Below, one piece after another: positions 25,091-33,609 of a stretch of 35,451 bases of DNA. How positions within the stretch are numbered: the stretch's first letter is position 1; each line of letters opens with the position of its first letter. Source of the DNA: an uncultured Thermotogae bacterium (lineage in GTDB: Bacteria; Bipolaricaulota; Bipolaricaulia; M55B111); the NCBI GenBank assembly GCA_964638365.1, contig CAZWZR010000001.1:1-35451 (forward strand). Direction: 5' to 3'. The notes beneath the pieces were generated by a model. It made no database searches. It was not told where the DNA came from and worked only from the letters and a program-made list of their open reading frames with translations. A program made the position numbers and the translations under genes.

Positions 25091-26182
25091 CTATATTTTC
25101 TCTATTCCTTCGAAACCAATATCTACCGGAGTCTCACGACCGAATATCTTCACGTTTACCGTTACTTCTTCCGCCTCTTTATCTATGGCGGTAATTTCGC
25201 CGGTAAAGTCCGCAAAAGGCCCTTCGACTATCTCCACGACTTCGCCAACGTCGAAGTCGACCTCTATCCGCGGTGAACTGGGTGCAGTCGGTGATTCTAT
25301 AAGTCCTGCCAGTCTCTTGACGACCTTCATCTCTTTGCCCCGTATCGGAATAGGGTGGTATCGCGATCCAACAAACCGCACGGCACCCCTTATGTCGTCA
25401 ACGAGATCTATCATTTCTTCTTCCGGCAGGTCCATCTTGACGAATACGTAACCAGGGAAGAGTCTTCGTTTCTCCACGGGCTGAACGGTAACCACGCGCT
25501 TATCCTTGTACTCCTTGACTTTGACCATCCCGGAAGAACGAGAGTCAATTACGTCCTCTTCCTCTATCCTGTCACCCTCTTCGAACTCGTCCCCCTCTTT
25601 CAGCCGGACCAGGTATCTTTCCGGCACGATCATTCTCTCTTCCTCTCCGTTTTCCCGAATGAACTCGATCCGTTTAACCCTGTCCCTGAGCGCTATCTTC
25701 CCTTTGACGTTTACCACGAACTTTTCTTCCTTGTCGGACGTCAGGGGTACACCTGATCTTATCTTCTCCCCTTTCCTGATATCGCGCCTTATCCGCTTGT
25801 CCGTCGGGATCAGATAAGTCTCTTCCGTTCTGTTCGTCATTTCAACTATAACCCTCTGGAGGGTCTCTACCTCAGATACGAGACAATCCCAGTCCAAATG
25901 TTTTGGCGGTTTACGCGCTAGGGAGTCTCCCCGGGACAGCCGCTCGTTCGAATCGACCAGAAGGTCGTAATCGTATGGTATCCTGTATTCGTTGGACTTC
26001 CCGCGGCGGCTCCTGGACGTAATGACTTCCTCAATTGGTACCACGCAGTACTCGCGCTGGCCGTTCTCCTTAAAAGACTTTACCCTGTCCTCCAGATCCC
26101 GGTTCTCGATCCTCCTTTCGAGCTCTTTTTTTACTTTTAGCTCGGAACCGGCGTAAGTTTGAATTGCATACCACTTTTTCAT
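25091..26182 (-). CDS. nusG: Transcription termination/antitermination factor NusG with a large insertion in the NGN domain
   Basis: The NGN N-terminus is MKKWYAIQTYAGSELKVKKEL. The NGN resumes at RRLFPGYVFVKM at about aa 239. The KOW region is GEVVEIVEGPFADFTGEITAID...VNVKIFGRETPV. Total length is 363 aa, against about 180 aa for the canonical protein. Confidence 0.9.
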   Translation of the reverse strand: MKKWYAIQTYAGSELKVKKELERRIENRDLEDRVKSFKENGQREYCVVPIEEVITSRSRRGKSNEYRIPYDYDLLVDSNERLSRGDSLARKPPKHLDWDCLVSEVETLQRVIVEMTNRTEETYLIPTDKRIRRDIRKGEKIRSGVPLTSDKEEKFVVNVKGKIALRDRVKRIEFIRENGEEERMIVPERYLVRLKEGDEFEEGDRIEEEDVIDSRSSGMVKVKEYKDKRVVTVQPVEKRRLFPGYVFVKMDLPEEEMIDLVDDIRGAVRFVGSRYHPIPIRGKEMKVVKRLAGLIESPTAPSSPRIEVDFDVGEVVEIVEGPFADFTGEITAIDKEAEEVTVNVKIFGRETPVDIGFEGIEKI

Positions 26183-26254
26183 AGTTCCCCAGTTGCTCCT
26201 CGTTTAACAGGTTTTGTTTTGGTTAGTGTCAGAATGAGAAAGTCCAAGCGGTTG

Positions 26255-26449
26255 TTACAAGGATAAGATCTGCTGGATGATTTGCCTGTACACCAAGTCA
26301 ACACCGCCGATATAAGCTGATAACAGAATGACCATCCCAAGTATCAGAATGGTCATCGTTACCACTTCGGTCTGGGAAGGCCAGCTCACCTTATTAATCT
26401 CCGCCCTAACATTTCGTAAAAAAGAACTAACCGAATTTAACCAGTTCAC
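26255..26449 (-). CDS. secE: Preprotein translocase subunit SecE
   Basis: A 64-aa protein with FLRNVRAEINKVSWPS followed by one TM helix. It sits in the canonical position upstream of nusG. GTG start lies 7 nt after AGAGGTG. Confidence 0.85.
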   Translation of the reverse strand: MNWLNSVSSFLRNVRAEINKVSWPSQTEVVTMTILILGMVILLSAYIGGVDLVYRQIIQQILSL

Positions 26450-26472
26450 TCAAAAACACCTCTTTTTACTTC

Positions 26473-26548
26473 TGGCAGGCCCGGGAGGAGTTGAACCCCC
26501 AACCTTCGGATTTGGAGTCCGGCGCTCTGCCAGTTGAGCTACGGGCCT
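26473..26548 (-). tRNA. tRNA-Trp (anticodon CCA)
   Basis: The minus strand reads AGGCCCGTAGCTCAACTGGCAGAGCGCCGGACTCCAAATCCGAAGGTTGGGGGTTCAACTCCTCCCGGGCCTGCCA. It folds as a cloverleaf with a 7-bp acceptor stem and a TTCAACT T-loop, and the CCA is encoded. One C-A mismatch sits at the top of the anticodon stem. Confidence 0.9.
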
Positions 26549-26566
26549 GTAAAAACTATATACGGC

Positions 26567-26716
26567 TTACTTCTCCTTGTGTACTGTATGAGAACCACAC
26601 CATTTGCAGTACTTCTTGAATTCCAGTTTATCGCTGTCGTTCCTAGGGTTTTTCACGGTATGGTAATTATGCCTTCCACATTCTCTGCATACCAGGATGA
26701 CCTGTTCTTTGTGCAT
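26567..26716 (-). CDS. rpmG: Ribosomal protein L33
   Basis: Too short for the ORF track. Hand translation gives MHKEQVILVCRECGRHNYHTVKNPRNDSDKLEFKKYCKWCGSHTVHKEK (49 aa), with the two CxxC pairs typical of zinc-type L33. It sits between tuf and tRNA-Trp. Confidence 0.85.
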   Translation of the reverse strand: MHKEQVILVCRECGRHNYHTVKNPRNDSDKLEFKKYCKWCGSHTVHKEK

Positions 26717-26734
26717 CAGTAAGAATCAGTCTCC

Positions 26735-27934
26735 TTATTCGATTATTTCCGTTACTACACCTGCTCCTACCGTTTTTCCTCCTTCTCGGATAGCGAATCT
26801 AAGTCCTTCTTCCATGGCGATATGGTCGATCAAATTACCCTCAAGCGTGACGTTGTCCCCCGGCATGACCATTTCTACGTCATCGGGTAGTTGAATTGTA
26901 CCGGTAACGTCCGTGGTTCTAAAGTAGAACTGGGGTTTGTAACCATCGAAGAACGGGGTATGTCGACCACCCTCGTCCTTACTCAAGACGTATACCTCAG
27001 CCTTGAACTTGGTATGGGGCGTTATACTGCCCGGTTCCGCCAGAACCTGACCACGTTCGATCTCTTCTTTATCTATGCCACGTAACAGGACTCCCACATT
27101 GTCACCGGCTATCGCTTCGTCCATCGTCTTGTTGAACATCTCGAGGCTGGTCGCCACGGTCTCAACGATATCTCCGTGCAGCCCGACTATCTCGATATCC
27201 GACTGGGGAGTAATCTTGCCCCTTTCTACTCTGCCTGTAGCGACTGTCCCCCTGCCCTTGATCGAGAATACGTCTTCAATCGGCATCAGGAAGGGCTGAT
27301 CTTCATCTCTATCCGGAAGCGGGATGTAATCGTCGAGAGACTCAACCAGGTCCATAATCGGCTGATTTACCTCTGCCTCGGGATCCCCGTCGCTCTCCAT
27401 AGCTTCCAGAGCGGAACCCCTGACAATGGGTACCTCGTCACCCGGAAAGTCGTATTCGTTCAATAGTTCCCTGACTTCCATTTCTACAAGATCCACCAGG
27501 TCGGGATCGTCAACCATATCGGTTTTATTGAGGAACACCGTCATGGCCGGAACGCCAACCTGTCGGGCCAGTAAGACGTGTTCACGGGTCTGGGGCATCG
27601 GCCCATCTGCTGCCGATACAACCAGAATTGCCCCGTCCATCTGTGCTGCACCCGTAATCATGTTCTTTACGTAGTCCGCATGTCCTGGAGCGTCTATGTG
27701 AGCGTAGTGCCTGTTATCCGTCTCGTATTCGACATGCCTGACTGCAATAGTTATTCCACGTTCCTGCTCTTCAGGGGCGTTATCGATATCCTGAAACTCC
27801 TTGCTATCCGCCATTCCCTGATTGGCCAGTACTTTCGTCATTGCAGACGTGAGAGTCGTCTTCCCGTGATCAATATGCCCAATAGTCCCGATATTCAGGT
27901 GCGGCTTATCCCGCTCGAAATGTTCTTTTGCCAT
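26735..27934 (-). CDS. tuf: Elongation factor Tu
   Basis: [22 protein letters not shown] and SAL are present, with canonical full-length EF-Tu similarity. Confidence 0.97.
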   Translation of the reverse strand: MAKEHFERDKPHLNIGTIGHIDHGKTTLTSAMTKVLANQGMADSKEFQDIDNAPEEQERGITIAVRHVEYETDNRHYAHIDAPGHADYVKNMITGAAQMDGAILVVSAADGPMPQTREHVLLARQVGVPAMTVFLNKTDMVDDPDLVDLVEMEVRELLNEYDFPGDEVPIVRGSALEAMESDGDPEAEVNQPIMDLVESLDDYIPLPDRDEDQPFLMPIEDVFSIKGRGTVATGRVERGKITPQSDIEIVGLHGDIVETVATSLEMFNKTMDEAIAGDNVGVLLRGIDKEEIERGQVLAEPGSITPHTKFKAEVYVLSKDEGGRHTPFFDGYKPQFYFRTTDVTGTIQLPDDVEMVMPGDNVTLEGNLIDHIAMEEGLRFAIREGGKTVGAGVVTEIIE

Positions 27935-28019
27935 CGTGTACCTCCTAAAATTTGAATTATGATAGAACTTTAATACTACCAGCAGCTAATTTAACCATAT
28001 AACTTTAGAAATATTTTGC

Positions 28020-28095
28020 TGGAGCCCGCGGCCGGAATCGAACCGGCGGCCTTCCCATTACCAACGGGATGTTCTTCCGACTGAACTACACGGGC
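28020..28095 (-). tRNA. tRNA-Thr (anticodon GGU)
   Basis: The minus strand reads GCCCGTGTAGTTCAGTCGGAAGAACATCCCGTTGGTAATGGGAAGGCCGCCGGTTCGATTCCGGCCGCGGGCTCCA. The cloverleaf is clean and the CCA is encoded. Confidence 0.9.
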
Positions 28096-28113
28096 ACCTT
28101 AAGAGATTACAAA

Positions 28114-28142
28114 ATATTATTACAAAACTTTGACCGTCTCAA
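28114..28142 (-). promoter_or_regulatory. Possible internal promoter TTGAGA-N17-TAATAT ahead of tRNA-Thr(GGU)-tuf
   Basis: On the minus strand, -35 TTGAGA is at 28142-28137, inside the loop of the adjacent hairpin. -10 TAATAT is at 28119-28114, 17 nt away and 18 nt upstream of the tRNA 5' end. Confidence 0.3.
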
Positions 28143-28160
28143 CTGGGGCTACGGTCAAAG
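28128..28160 (-). terminator. Terminator-like hairpin in the tRNA-Tyr / tRNA-Thr(GGU) spacer
   Basis: CTTTGACCG (28128-28136) pairs with CGGTCAAAG (28152-28160), giving a 9-bp stem and a 15-nt loop. On the minus sense it is followed by UUUUGUAAUAAUAUUUUG. Confidence 0.45.
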
Positions 28161-28175
28161 CCAGGCTATGAGATA

Positions 28176-28261
28176 TGGTGGAGGGGGAGGGATTTGAACC
28201 CCCGAAGGCACCTGCCAACGGATTTACAGTCCGCTCCGTTTGGCCACTTCGGTACCCCTCC
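28176..28261 (-). tRNA. tRNA-Tyr (anticodon GUA), long variable arm
   Basis: The minus strand reads GGAGGGGTACCGAAGTGGCCAAACGGAGCGGACTGTAAATCCGTTGGCAGGTGCCTTCGGGGGTTCAAATCCCTCCCCCTCCACCA (86 nt). It has a bacterial class II variable arm and an encoded CCA. Confidence 0.9.
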
Positions 28262-28313
28262 ATGGATTTGACTCAAGTTCCCAGGCCTATCTATCGGCGG
28301 AAAATACCACCCT

Positions 28314-28389
28314 TGGAGCCGGCGGCCAGACTCGAACTGGCAACCTGTCGATTACAAGTCGACTGCTCTGCCGATTGAGCTACACCGGC
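28314..28389 (-). tRNA. tRNA-Thr (anticodon UGU)
   Basis: The minus strand reads GCCGGTGTAGCTCAATCGGCAGAGCAGTCGACTTGTAATCGACAGGTTGCCAGTTCGAGTCTGGCCGCCGGCTCCA. The CCA is encoded. Confidence 0.9.
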
Positions 28390-28401
28390 TTGAGCAGAGG
28401 A

Positions 28402-28430
28402 ATTTTACCGAAACCCTTTCTAAATGTCAA
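28402..28430 (-). promoter_or_regulatory. Near-consensus promoter TTGACA-N17-TAAAAT for the tRNA-tuf unit
   Basis: On the minus strand, TTGACA is at 28430-28425 and TAAAAT at 28407-28402, spaced 17 nt apart. The -10 ends 12 nt before the tRNA-Thr(UGU) 5' end. Confidence 0.6.
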
Positions 28431-28451
28431 TGGTTCCGCCCAAATGCGGTT

Positions 28452-28838
28452 TTAACTTGCCTTAACCCAGACCTTTCTGGTCCTCGGACCATCGAATTCG
28501 GCAAAAAATACCCCCTGCCACGTGCCTAGCTGTAGGCTACCGTCTTCTATCAGAACCCTCGAAGAATTACCGATAAGGCTCGATTTTATATGGGAGTCCG
28601 CGTTACCTTCCCTGTGGCGATACCCTCCTTCCGGAACTAGCTCGGCCAGCTTCTCCTTTATATCAAGCGCCACGTCGGGATCGGCCGATTCGTTTATCGT
28701 TATACCGGCGGTCGTATGAGGCACGTAGAGGGTACAGACTCCATCGTCCACGTCACTCGATCGGATAGCATCCTTTACCTTAGAGGTTATATCCTTCATC
28801 TCAACCCGCGAAGAAGTACTAACTGTCAACGTTTCCAA
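28452..28838 (-). CDS. YjbQ/UPF0047-family protein
   Basis: [36 protein letters not shown] and LGTWQG.FF.EFDGPR are family signatures. TTG start lies 7 nt after GGAGGTG and 1 nt after the upstream stop. Confidence 0.8.
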   Translation of the reverse strand: METLTVSTSSRVEMKDITSKVKDAIRSSDVDDGVCTLYVPHTTAGITINESADPDVALDIKEKLAELVPEGGYRHREGNADSHIKSSLIGNSSRVLIEDGSLQLGTWQGVFFAEFDGPRTRKVWVKAS

Positions 28839-28839
28839 C

Positions 28840-29406
28840 TCACAACACCTCCGCCAGGGATTCCTTCAGCTTTGTGGAGTCTTCTACTTCTCCCACTTTC
28901 ATAATCAACTTTTCTTCTTCTGAGCCACCAGCACTCAACAGGCTAAGCAGCTCTACTTCGTGTTCGTCGAGTACCTCAAGGACCTCCTTCATACCCTGGA
29001 GCCCATCAGGTGAAAGCGTTATCCAGAATCCGCCCTGGCCGAAATTCAATAGGCTGGAAAACTCCTCGAAAAGCTTGCCCGGTGTCAGAACTCCAACAAG
29101 CTTTCGATCGGAGTCCACGACCGGTAGTACCATCAAGCTGTACTCCTTAATTATGCTGACAGCTTTATCTATGGTATCAGTAACTTCGGCATGCAGGGTG
29201 GAACGAGAGACGTAATTATCTATCGGCTCGTCACCCGACTTTTCCTTTATGGAGTCGTATGTAAGGAAACCAACCAGCCTCTCCTCATCGTCCACGACGA
29301 AGATAATCCGAAAGTTGTTCTCCTCCATCAGTTCCTTCGTTTCCGAGACGGACTTACCTTCGAGCGCAGAGGCGGGATTCTCCTGCAAGAATTCCTTGAC
29401 TAACAT
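28840..29406 (-). CDS. CBS-pair protein with C-terminal ACT-like domain (AcuB-like)
   Basis: Two CBS motifs are present ([18 protein letters not shown] and [18 protein letters not shown]). They are followed by [34 protein letters not shown]. Confidence 0.7.
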   Translation of the reverse strand: MLVKEFLQENPASALEGKSVSETKELMEENNFRIIFVVDDEERLVGFLTYDSIKEKSGDEPIDNYVSRSTLHAEVTDTIDKAVSIIKEYSLMVLPVVDSDRKLVGVLTPGKLFEEFSSLLNFGQGGFWITLSPDGLQGMKEVLEVLDEHEVELLSLLSAGGSEEEKLIMKVGEVEDSTKLKESLAEVL

Positions 29407-29412
29407 CTATCT

Positions 29413-31347
29413 TCACCGATCCAGGATATCCGAAGCGATGTTGCTGGGAACCTGCTTGTACTTGAGGAATTCCATCTGGAATGTCGCCTTGGCCTGGGTC
29501 AGAGACTTGAGCCTGGTGGCATAATTCATCACCTCGGCCTGGGGTACCTCGGCCTCTATTTCCGTGTAACCCTCCGAAGTATCGGATCCCAGTATTCTTC
29601 CCCGTCTACCGTTGAGATCGCTAATTATATCGCCGGTATAGTCGCCGGGAGTTGTGACTTTGACCTCCATTATCGGTTCAAGCAGGATCGCACCTGCCTG
29701 CTCAACGGCTTTGTTGCAGGCCTCGCGACCGGCTATTTTAAATGCCATCTCCGAAGAATCTACAGGATGGTGGTCACCATCGTAGATCGTTGCTTCTACG
29801 TCCGTTATCGGGTATTCCTCGTCCAGCGCTTCCTTTATCCCTTTTTCCACTCCTGGTATAAACTGCGTCGGTATATTGCCACCGCTTATCTCGTTTACGA
29901 ACTCAAAACCGGAGCCCCGGGGAAGAGGATTCAGCCTCAGATAAACCTCACCGTACTGCCCCCTACCTCCCGACTGTTTCTTGTGGCGGTACTTGGTATC
30001 GGCCTTCTTCGCGATGCTCTTCTTATAAGGGACCTTGGGTTCTTTGGTATCTATCTCTACGTTGAAGCCATTTTTCAATCTCTCCTTGAAGACGTTCAGG
30101 TGGTTGGCCCCCATACCGGAAAGAATCATTTCTTCCGTAACTTCGTCCCTGTAGTAATCGATGGAGGCCTTGTTTGCAACTAGCTCCTTTAAAGCCGTGC
30201 TCATCTTGGTCTCGTCTTCTCGGCTCTTCGGATTTACCGCCCTGTGGTAAACAGGATTGGGAAAATCGACGAAATCTATCTCCTCTTCCCCTGTATCCGT
30301 TAGGGTATCTCCCAGTGCAATATCATCGAGCTTTCCGAGAGCCACGATGTCCCCGTGGCTGGCGGAATGGATCTTCTCCTGGTCGCCACCATGGTGCCTG
30401 TAAATGTCCGTTATCTCTACTTCCTGACCGTTCCTTAAATTACGAAGAGTATTTTCTTCCTCAAGCTCCTCGCCGTACACCTTGACAAACGCAAGCTTGC
30501 CCAGGTACGGGTCGGAAAGTTTGTTAAAGACGAGTAAGTCGGACCTACCGCTCGATTCGGACTGGAAATCGGGAACCAGGTCTTTGAGCTTCTCAAGTAG
30601 CGGCTCCACACCACTTCCCTCTTCTACCGAGGAGGCAAAAACCGGGGAAAACTGGTCCGCCTCAAAGCCCTCTTTAAGTGCCCTGGATTTATCCTCGTCG
30701 GTTATCTCTTCTTCCTCCAGGTACTTCATCATTAGTTCATCGTCCTGTTCGGCCAGAGACTCAAGCAAGTTCTCTCGTTCCTCGCTCAACTCCTCTTCAA
30801 GCTGGTCGGGTATACCCTCGTCCCGCCCGTCGAAATAGATGGCTTCCTCTTCCAGCAGGTCCACGTAGCCGACGAACTCGCCGTCCTCAACTATCGGGAT
30901 CTGAAGGACCACGAAGTTCTTGTCGAATTCCGTTCTCAACTCTTCCAAGACGGAACTGAAATCCGCTTCCCCCTGGTCCATTTTGTTAACGAGGACGGCA
31001 GTGGGTTTCTCGTACTTTTCTGCAATATTCCAAACTTTCTCCGTATGAACCTGCATTCCCTTCTCTGCATCCACCAGAAGCAAAGAGGCCTCGGAGGCAA
31101 AAGTTCCCTTGTATACTTCTTCAACGAACTCCTCGGCTCCCGGCGTGTCCAGGACGTTCCACTTCTGCCCCTTGTGTTTAAAAGAACCTACTCCCAGGTC
31201 GATCGAGTACCCGTGCTCCTCTTCCTCCGGCGAAGGGTCAAAGTTCAGATCTCCGTCTACCCCGCTCATCCCAAGCAACTGCTCAGCCAGACTGGATTTC
31301 CCGGTACCAGAATGTCCAATTAAGCTCAAAGTCTTCGCATTAGCCAT
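29413..31347 (-). CDS. Elongation factor G-like GTPase (divergent paralog, 644 aa)
   Basis: G1 is GHSGTGKS, G3 is DTPGAEEF (Ala where EF-G/EF-Tu have His) and G4 is NKMD. Domains IV and V are conserved (HPVDSSEMAFKIAGREA, LLEPIMEVKVTTPGDYTGDIISDLNGRRGRI, YATRLKSLTQAKATFQMEF). A GAGGTGG SD is present. Confidence 0.85.
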   Translation of the reverse strand: MANAKTLSLIGHSGTGKSSLAEQLLGMSGVDGDLNFDPSPEEEEHGYSIDLGVGSFKHKGQKWNVLDTPGAEEFVEEVYKGTFASEASLLLVDAEKGMQVHTEKVWNIAEKYEKPTAVLVNKMDQGEADFSSVLEELRTEFDKNFVVLQIPIVEDGEFVGYVDLLEEEAIYFDGRDEGIPDQLEEELSEERENLLESLAEQDDELMMKYLEEEEITDEDKSRALKEGFEADQFSPVFASSVEEGSGVEPLLEKLKDLVPDFQSESSGRSDLLVFNKLSDPYLGKLAFVKVYGEELEEENTLRNLRNGQEVEITDIYRHHGGDQEKIHSASHGDIVALGKLDDIALGDTLTDTGEEEIDFVDFPNPVYHRAVNPKSREDETKMSTALKELVANKASIDYYRDEVTEEMILSGMGANHLNVFKERLKNGFNVEIDTKEPKVPYKKSIAKKADTKYRHKKQSGGRGQYGEVYLRLNPLPRGSGFEFVNEISGGNIPTQFIPGVEKGIKEALDEEYPITDVEATIYDGDHHPVDSSEMAFKIAGREACNKAVEQAGAILLEPIMEVKVTTPGDYTGDIISDLNGRRGRILGSDTSEGYTEIEAEVPQAEVMNYATRLKSLTQAKATFQMEFLKYKQVPSNIASDILDR

Positions 31348-31411
31348 GAACCAACCACCTCGACTTCCTATGTGTTTTTATCTACCGAAATAAATCGAAC
31401 GTACTCCGTTT

Positions 31412-31440
31412 AATATAAAGCATAGTTCGAGTCCATACAA
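31412..31440 (-). promoter_or_regulatory. Candidate promoter TTGTAT-N17-TATATT for the EF-G-like unit
   Basis: On the minus strand, TTGTAT is at 31440-31435 and TATATT at 31417-31412, spaced 17 nt apart. It lies about 65 nt upstream of the ATG. Confidence 0.4.
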
Positions 31441-31605
31441 CACGAAAAAAGATCTTGGGACCTCTAACTCAGGGAGCCGAATTAGCACCAAAGGAATCCG
31501 GACCAAAAGGAAGCAAAGTTGGGGTTTTCAAGATTACCAAACCCACGAACGCGACCTTCAGGTTAGCTAGAAAATGATTACCTGCAAAGCTGGTTAGATA
31601 CGCTA

Positions 31606-32487
31606 TTAGACCCCTCCGCCCTGCATCTTCGGATCCATGATATCCCTGAAGGCATCACCTATCAGGTTCCAGGAGAGGCAGAATGTGGTAATGGCCACTC
31701 CGGGTATCAATACAGTGTACCAGAATTCCAGGGTATTCCCTTCGGTTCCCAGAATCCAGTTTCGGGCAAAACTGATCATCTGACCCCAGTCTGCGTAACC
31801 TTCCTGAGCACCGACTCCGAGGAAGCTCAACGTCGCCGCCGTGATCACTATCGTCCCCATATTCATAGAAGCCTGAACTACAACAGGGAAAATGGAGTTG
31901 GGAAGTATATGCCTGAATACTATCCGGAAGTCCGTCGCACCTACAGCCCGAGCCGCGGAAACGTACTCCTCTTCCTTAACCGACAGTATATTACCGCGGA
32001 TCAGTCGGGCGTACCCCATCCAGCCGAAAACTATCAGAGCAATCAAGGCATTAGTTAAACTCCTTCCAAGAATCGTCGTCAGGACCATGGCAGCTACTAG
32101 ATACGGTATAGAATAAAATACGTCGACGACCCGCATCAGTATGCTGTCTATGGCACCCCCATAGAAGGCTGCTAATGTACCAATCAACACCCCGATCATT
32201 CCGGAGATACCAACTACCATCAGCGATACACGGAAGGCCGTTCTCGTGCCCCAGACGACGCCGTAAAATATGTCGTACTGGCCCTGTGTGGTTCCAAATA
32301 TGTGTCCCTCGCCCGGAGGCTGCGGAGTGGAACCCCAGCCGTCCCTGGGAACCTTGTACGGTTCTCCCGGGTTCTCCGGTGGAGCTATCCATGGTGCTGA
32401 GACAGCGACACCGACGTAGAAAAGTATTATTAACAAACCAACGACCGACAGAGGATTAGTCAGTAACTTCTTTATTTTTTTCTTCAT
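31606..32487 (-). CDS. ABC transporter permease (OppC/DppC type)
   Basis: It has an N-terminal TM helix. The EAA-type loop is EEYVSAARAVGATDFRIVFRHILPN, and there are multiple TM segments. Confidence 0.85.
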   Translation of the reverse strand: MKKKIKKLLTNPLSVVGLLIILFYVGVAVSAPWIAPPENPGEPYKVPRDGWGSTPQPPGEGHIFGTTQGQYDIFYGVVWGTRTAFRVSLMVVGISGMIGVLIGTLAAFYGGAIDSILMRVVDVFYSIPYLVAAMVLTTILGRSLTNALIALIVFGWMGYARLIRGNILSVKEEEYVSAARAVGATDFRIVFRHILPNSIFPVVVQASMNMGTIVITAATLSFLGVGAQEGYADWGQMISFARNWILGTEGNTLEFWYTVLIPGVAITTFCLSWNLIGDAFRDIMDPKMQGGGV

Positions 32488-32488
32488 C

Positions 32489-33523
32489 TTAATCGTAGGT
32501 AACCCTCGGATCCAGGTAAGCGTAAATTATATCGACTGCCAGATTGGCGATAACTAACAGGATTCCGTTAAATAGCACGAAAAGCATCAGAGATGCCGTG
32601 TCGAACTGCTGGGCGGCATTAACGGCCCATCTACCCAGACCGTGCCAGTCGAAGATCGTCTCCGTTACTACCAGACCATTAATCAGGAAGGCAATATAAA
32701 TGCCAGCTACGGTAACAACGGGAATAAGGGCATTCCTCCGAGCATGTTTGTTGATAACCACGCTCTCCCTCTGCCCCTTGGCCCTGGCAGTCTGGACGTA
32801 ATCCTTCCGCAGCGTCTCCAGCAGGCTTGACCGCATGATCCTCAACAGCATCGCCCAGCGCACGTAGGACATGACGATCGCCGGCAGGATGATATGCCTC
32901 ACCGCGTTGGCAAATACGAACCAGTTCCCGTTCAGTATGGCATCGATCGTGTTCATATGTGTATACCGGACGAACTGGGCCGAGTTTACTATCTGCTGCG
33001 CGTCAAATCCGAGCCGGCCAGGTGGGAACCATGATACAACCCCCCCGTAAAACACCATCAGCAACAGTAGGCCAGCCACGAACGAAGGTAGCGACCAGCC
33101 CACAATGGCAAATAGCCGGGCAATATGATCAATCACGTTGTTGTGGTTGACTGCCGCCAGCGTGCCCAGCCATATCCCTCCGAGAATAATTGGCAGGGCG
33201 GACCAGAGCGCCAGCTCCAGTGAAACAGGTAAAAATGTAGCAAAAGCCCTTTTAGTAGGCATCTTGGCACTTTCGGACCAGCCGAAGTTTAACTGAACGA
33301 CGTCGCTGAGCCAGCGCCCGAACCTGGTCCAGATCGGGTCATTGAGCCCGTACTGTTCCGCCAGTACCTCCAGATCCGTGTTCTTCAGTTCAGCTGGACT
33401 GGAGATGTAGGTCGACAGCCTCTGATTAACGGACAAAAACTGAATCATCCCGAAGACGATTAACAAAACGCCCAGGATGACGAAAGGTAAAACGAGCATT
33501 CGTCGGGTAATGTATGATATCAT
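32489..33523 (-). CDS. ABC transporter permease (OppB/DppB type)
   Basis: The MISYITRRMLVLPFVILGV N-terminus is typical of OppB. The loop is DYVQTARAKGQRESVVINKHARRNALIPV. Its stop lies 1 nt before the next permease start. Confidence 0.85.
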   Translation of the reverse strand: MISYITRRMLVLPFVILGVLLIVFGMIQFLSVNQRLSTYISSPAELKNTDLEVLAEQYGLNDPIWTRFGRWLSDVVQLNFGWSESAKMPTKRAFATFLPVSLELALWSALPIILGGIWLGTLAAVNHNNVIDHIARLFAIVGWSLPSFVAGLLLLMVFYGGVVSWFPPGRLGFDAQQIVNSAQFVRYTHMNTIDAILNGNWFVFANAVRHIILPAIVMSYVRWAMLLRIMRSSLLETLRKDYVQTARAKGQRESVVINKHARRNALIPVVTVAGIYIAFLINGLVVTETIFDWHGLGRWAVNAAQQFDTASLMLFVLFNGILLVIANLAVDIIYAYLDPRVTYD

Positions 33524-33559
33524 TTATTTATCCCTCGACCGAGTAAAAATTAAAAATAG

Positions 33560-33591
33560 TACCGGGGGTCAGGTTTCACGGACCCCCGGTA
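33560..33591 (-). terminator. Stem-loop between the binding-protein and permease genes (intra-operon attenuator or mRNA stabiliser)
   Basis: TACCGGGGGTC (33560-33570) pairs with GACCCCCGGTA (33581-33591), giving an 11-bp stem and a 10-nt loop. On the minus sense it is followed by CUAUUUUUAAUUUUUAC. Confidence 0.6.
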
Positions 33592-33609
33592 ATCTTGACT
33601 CTCTATAAA

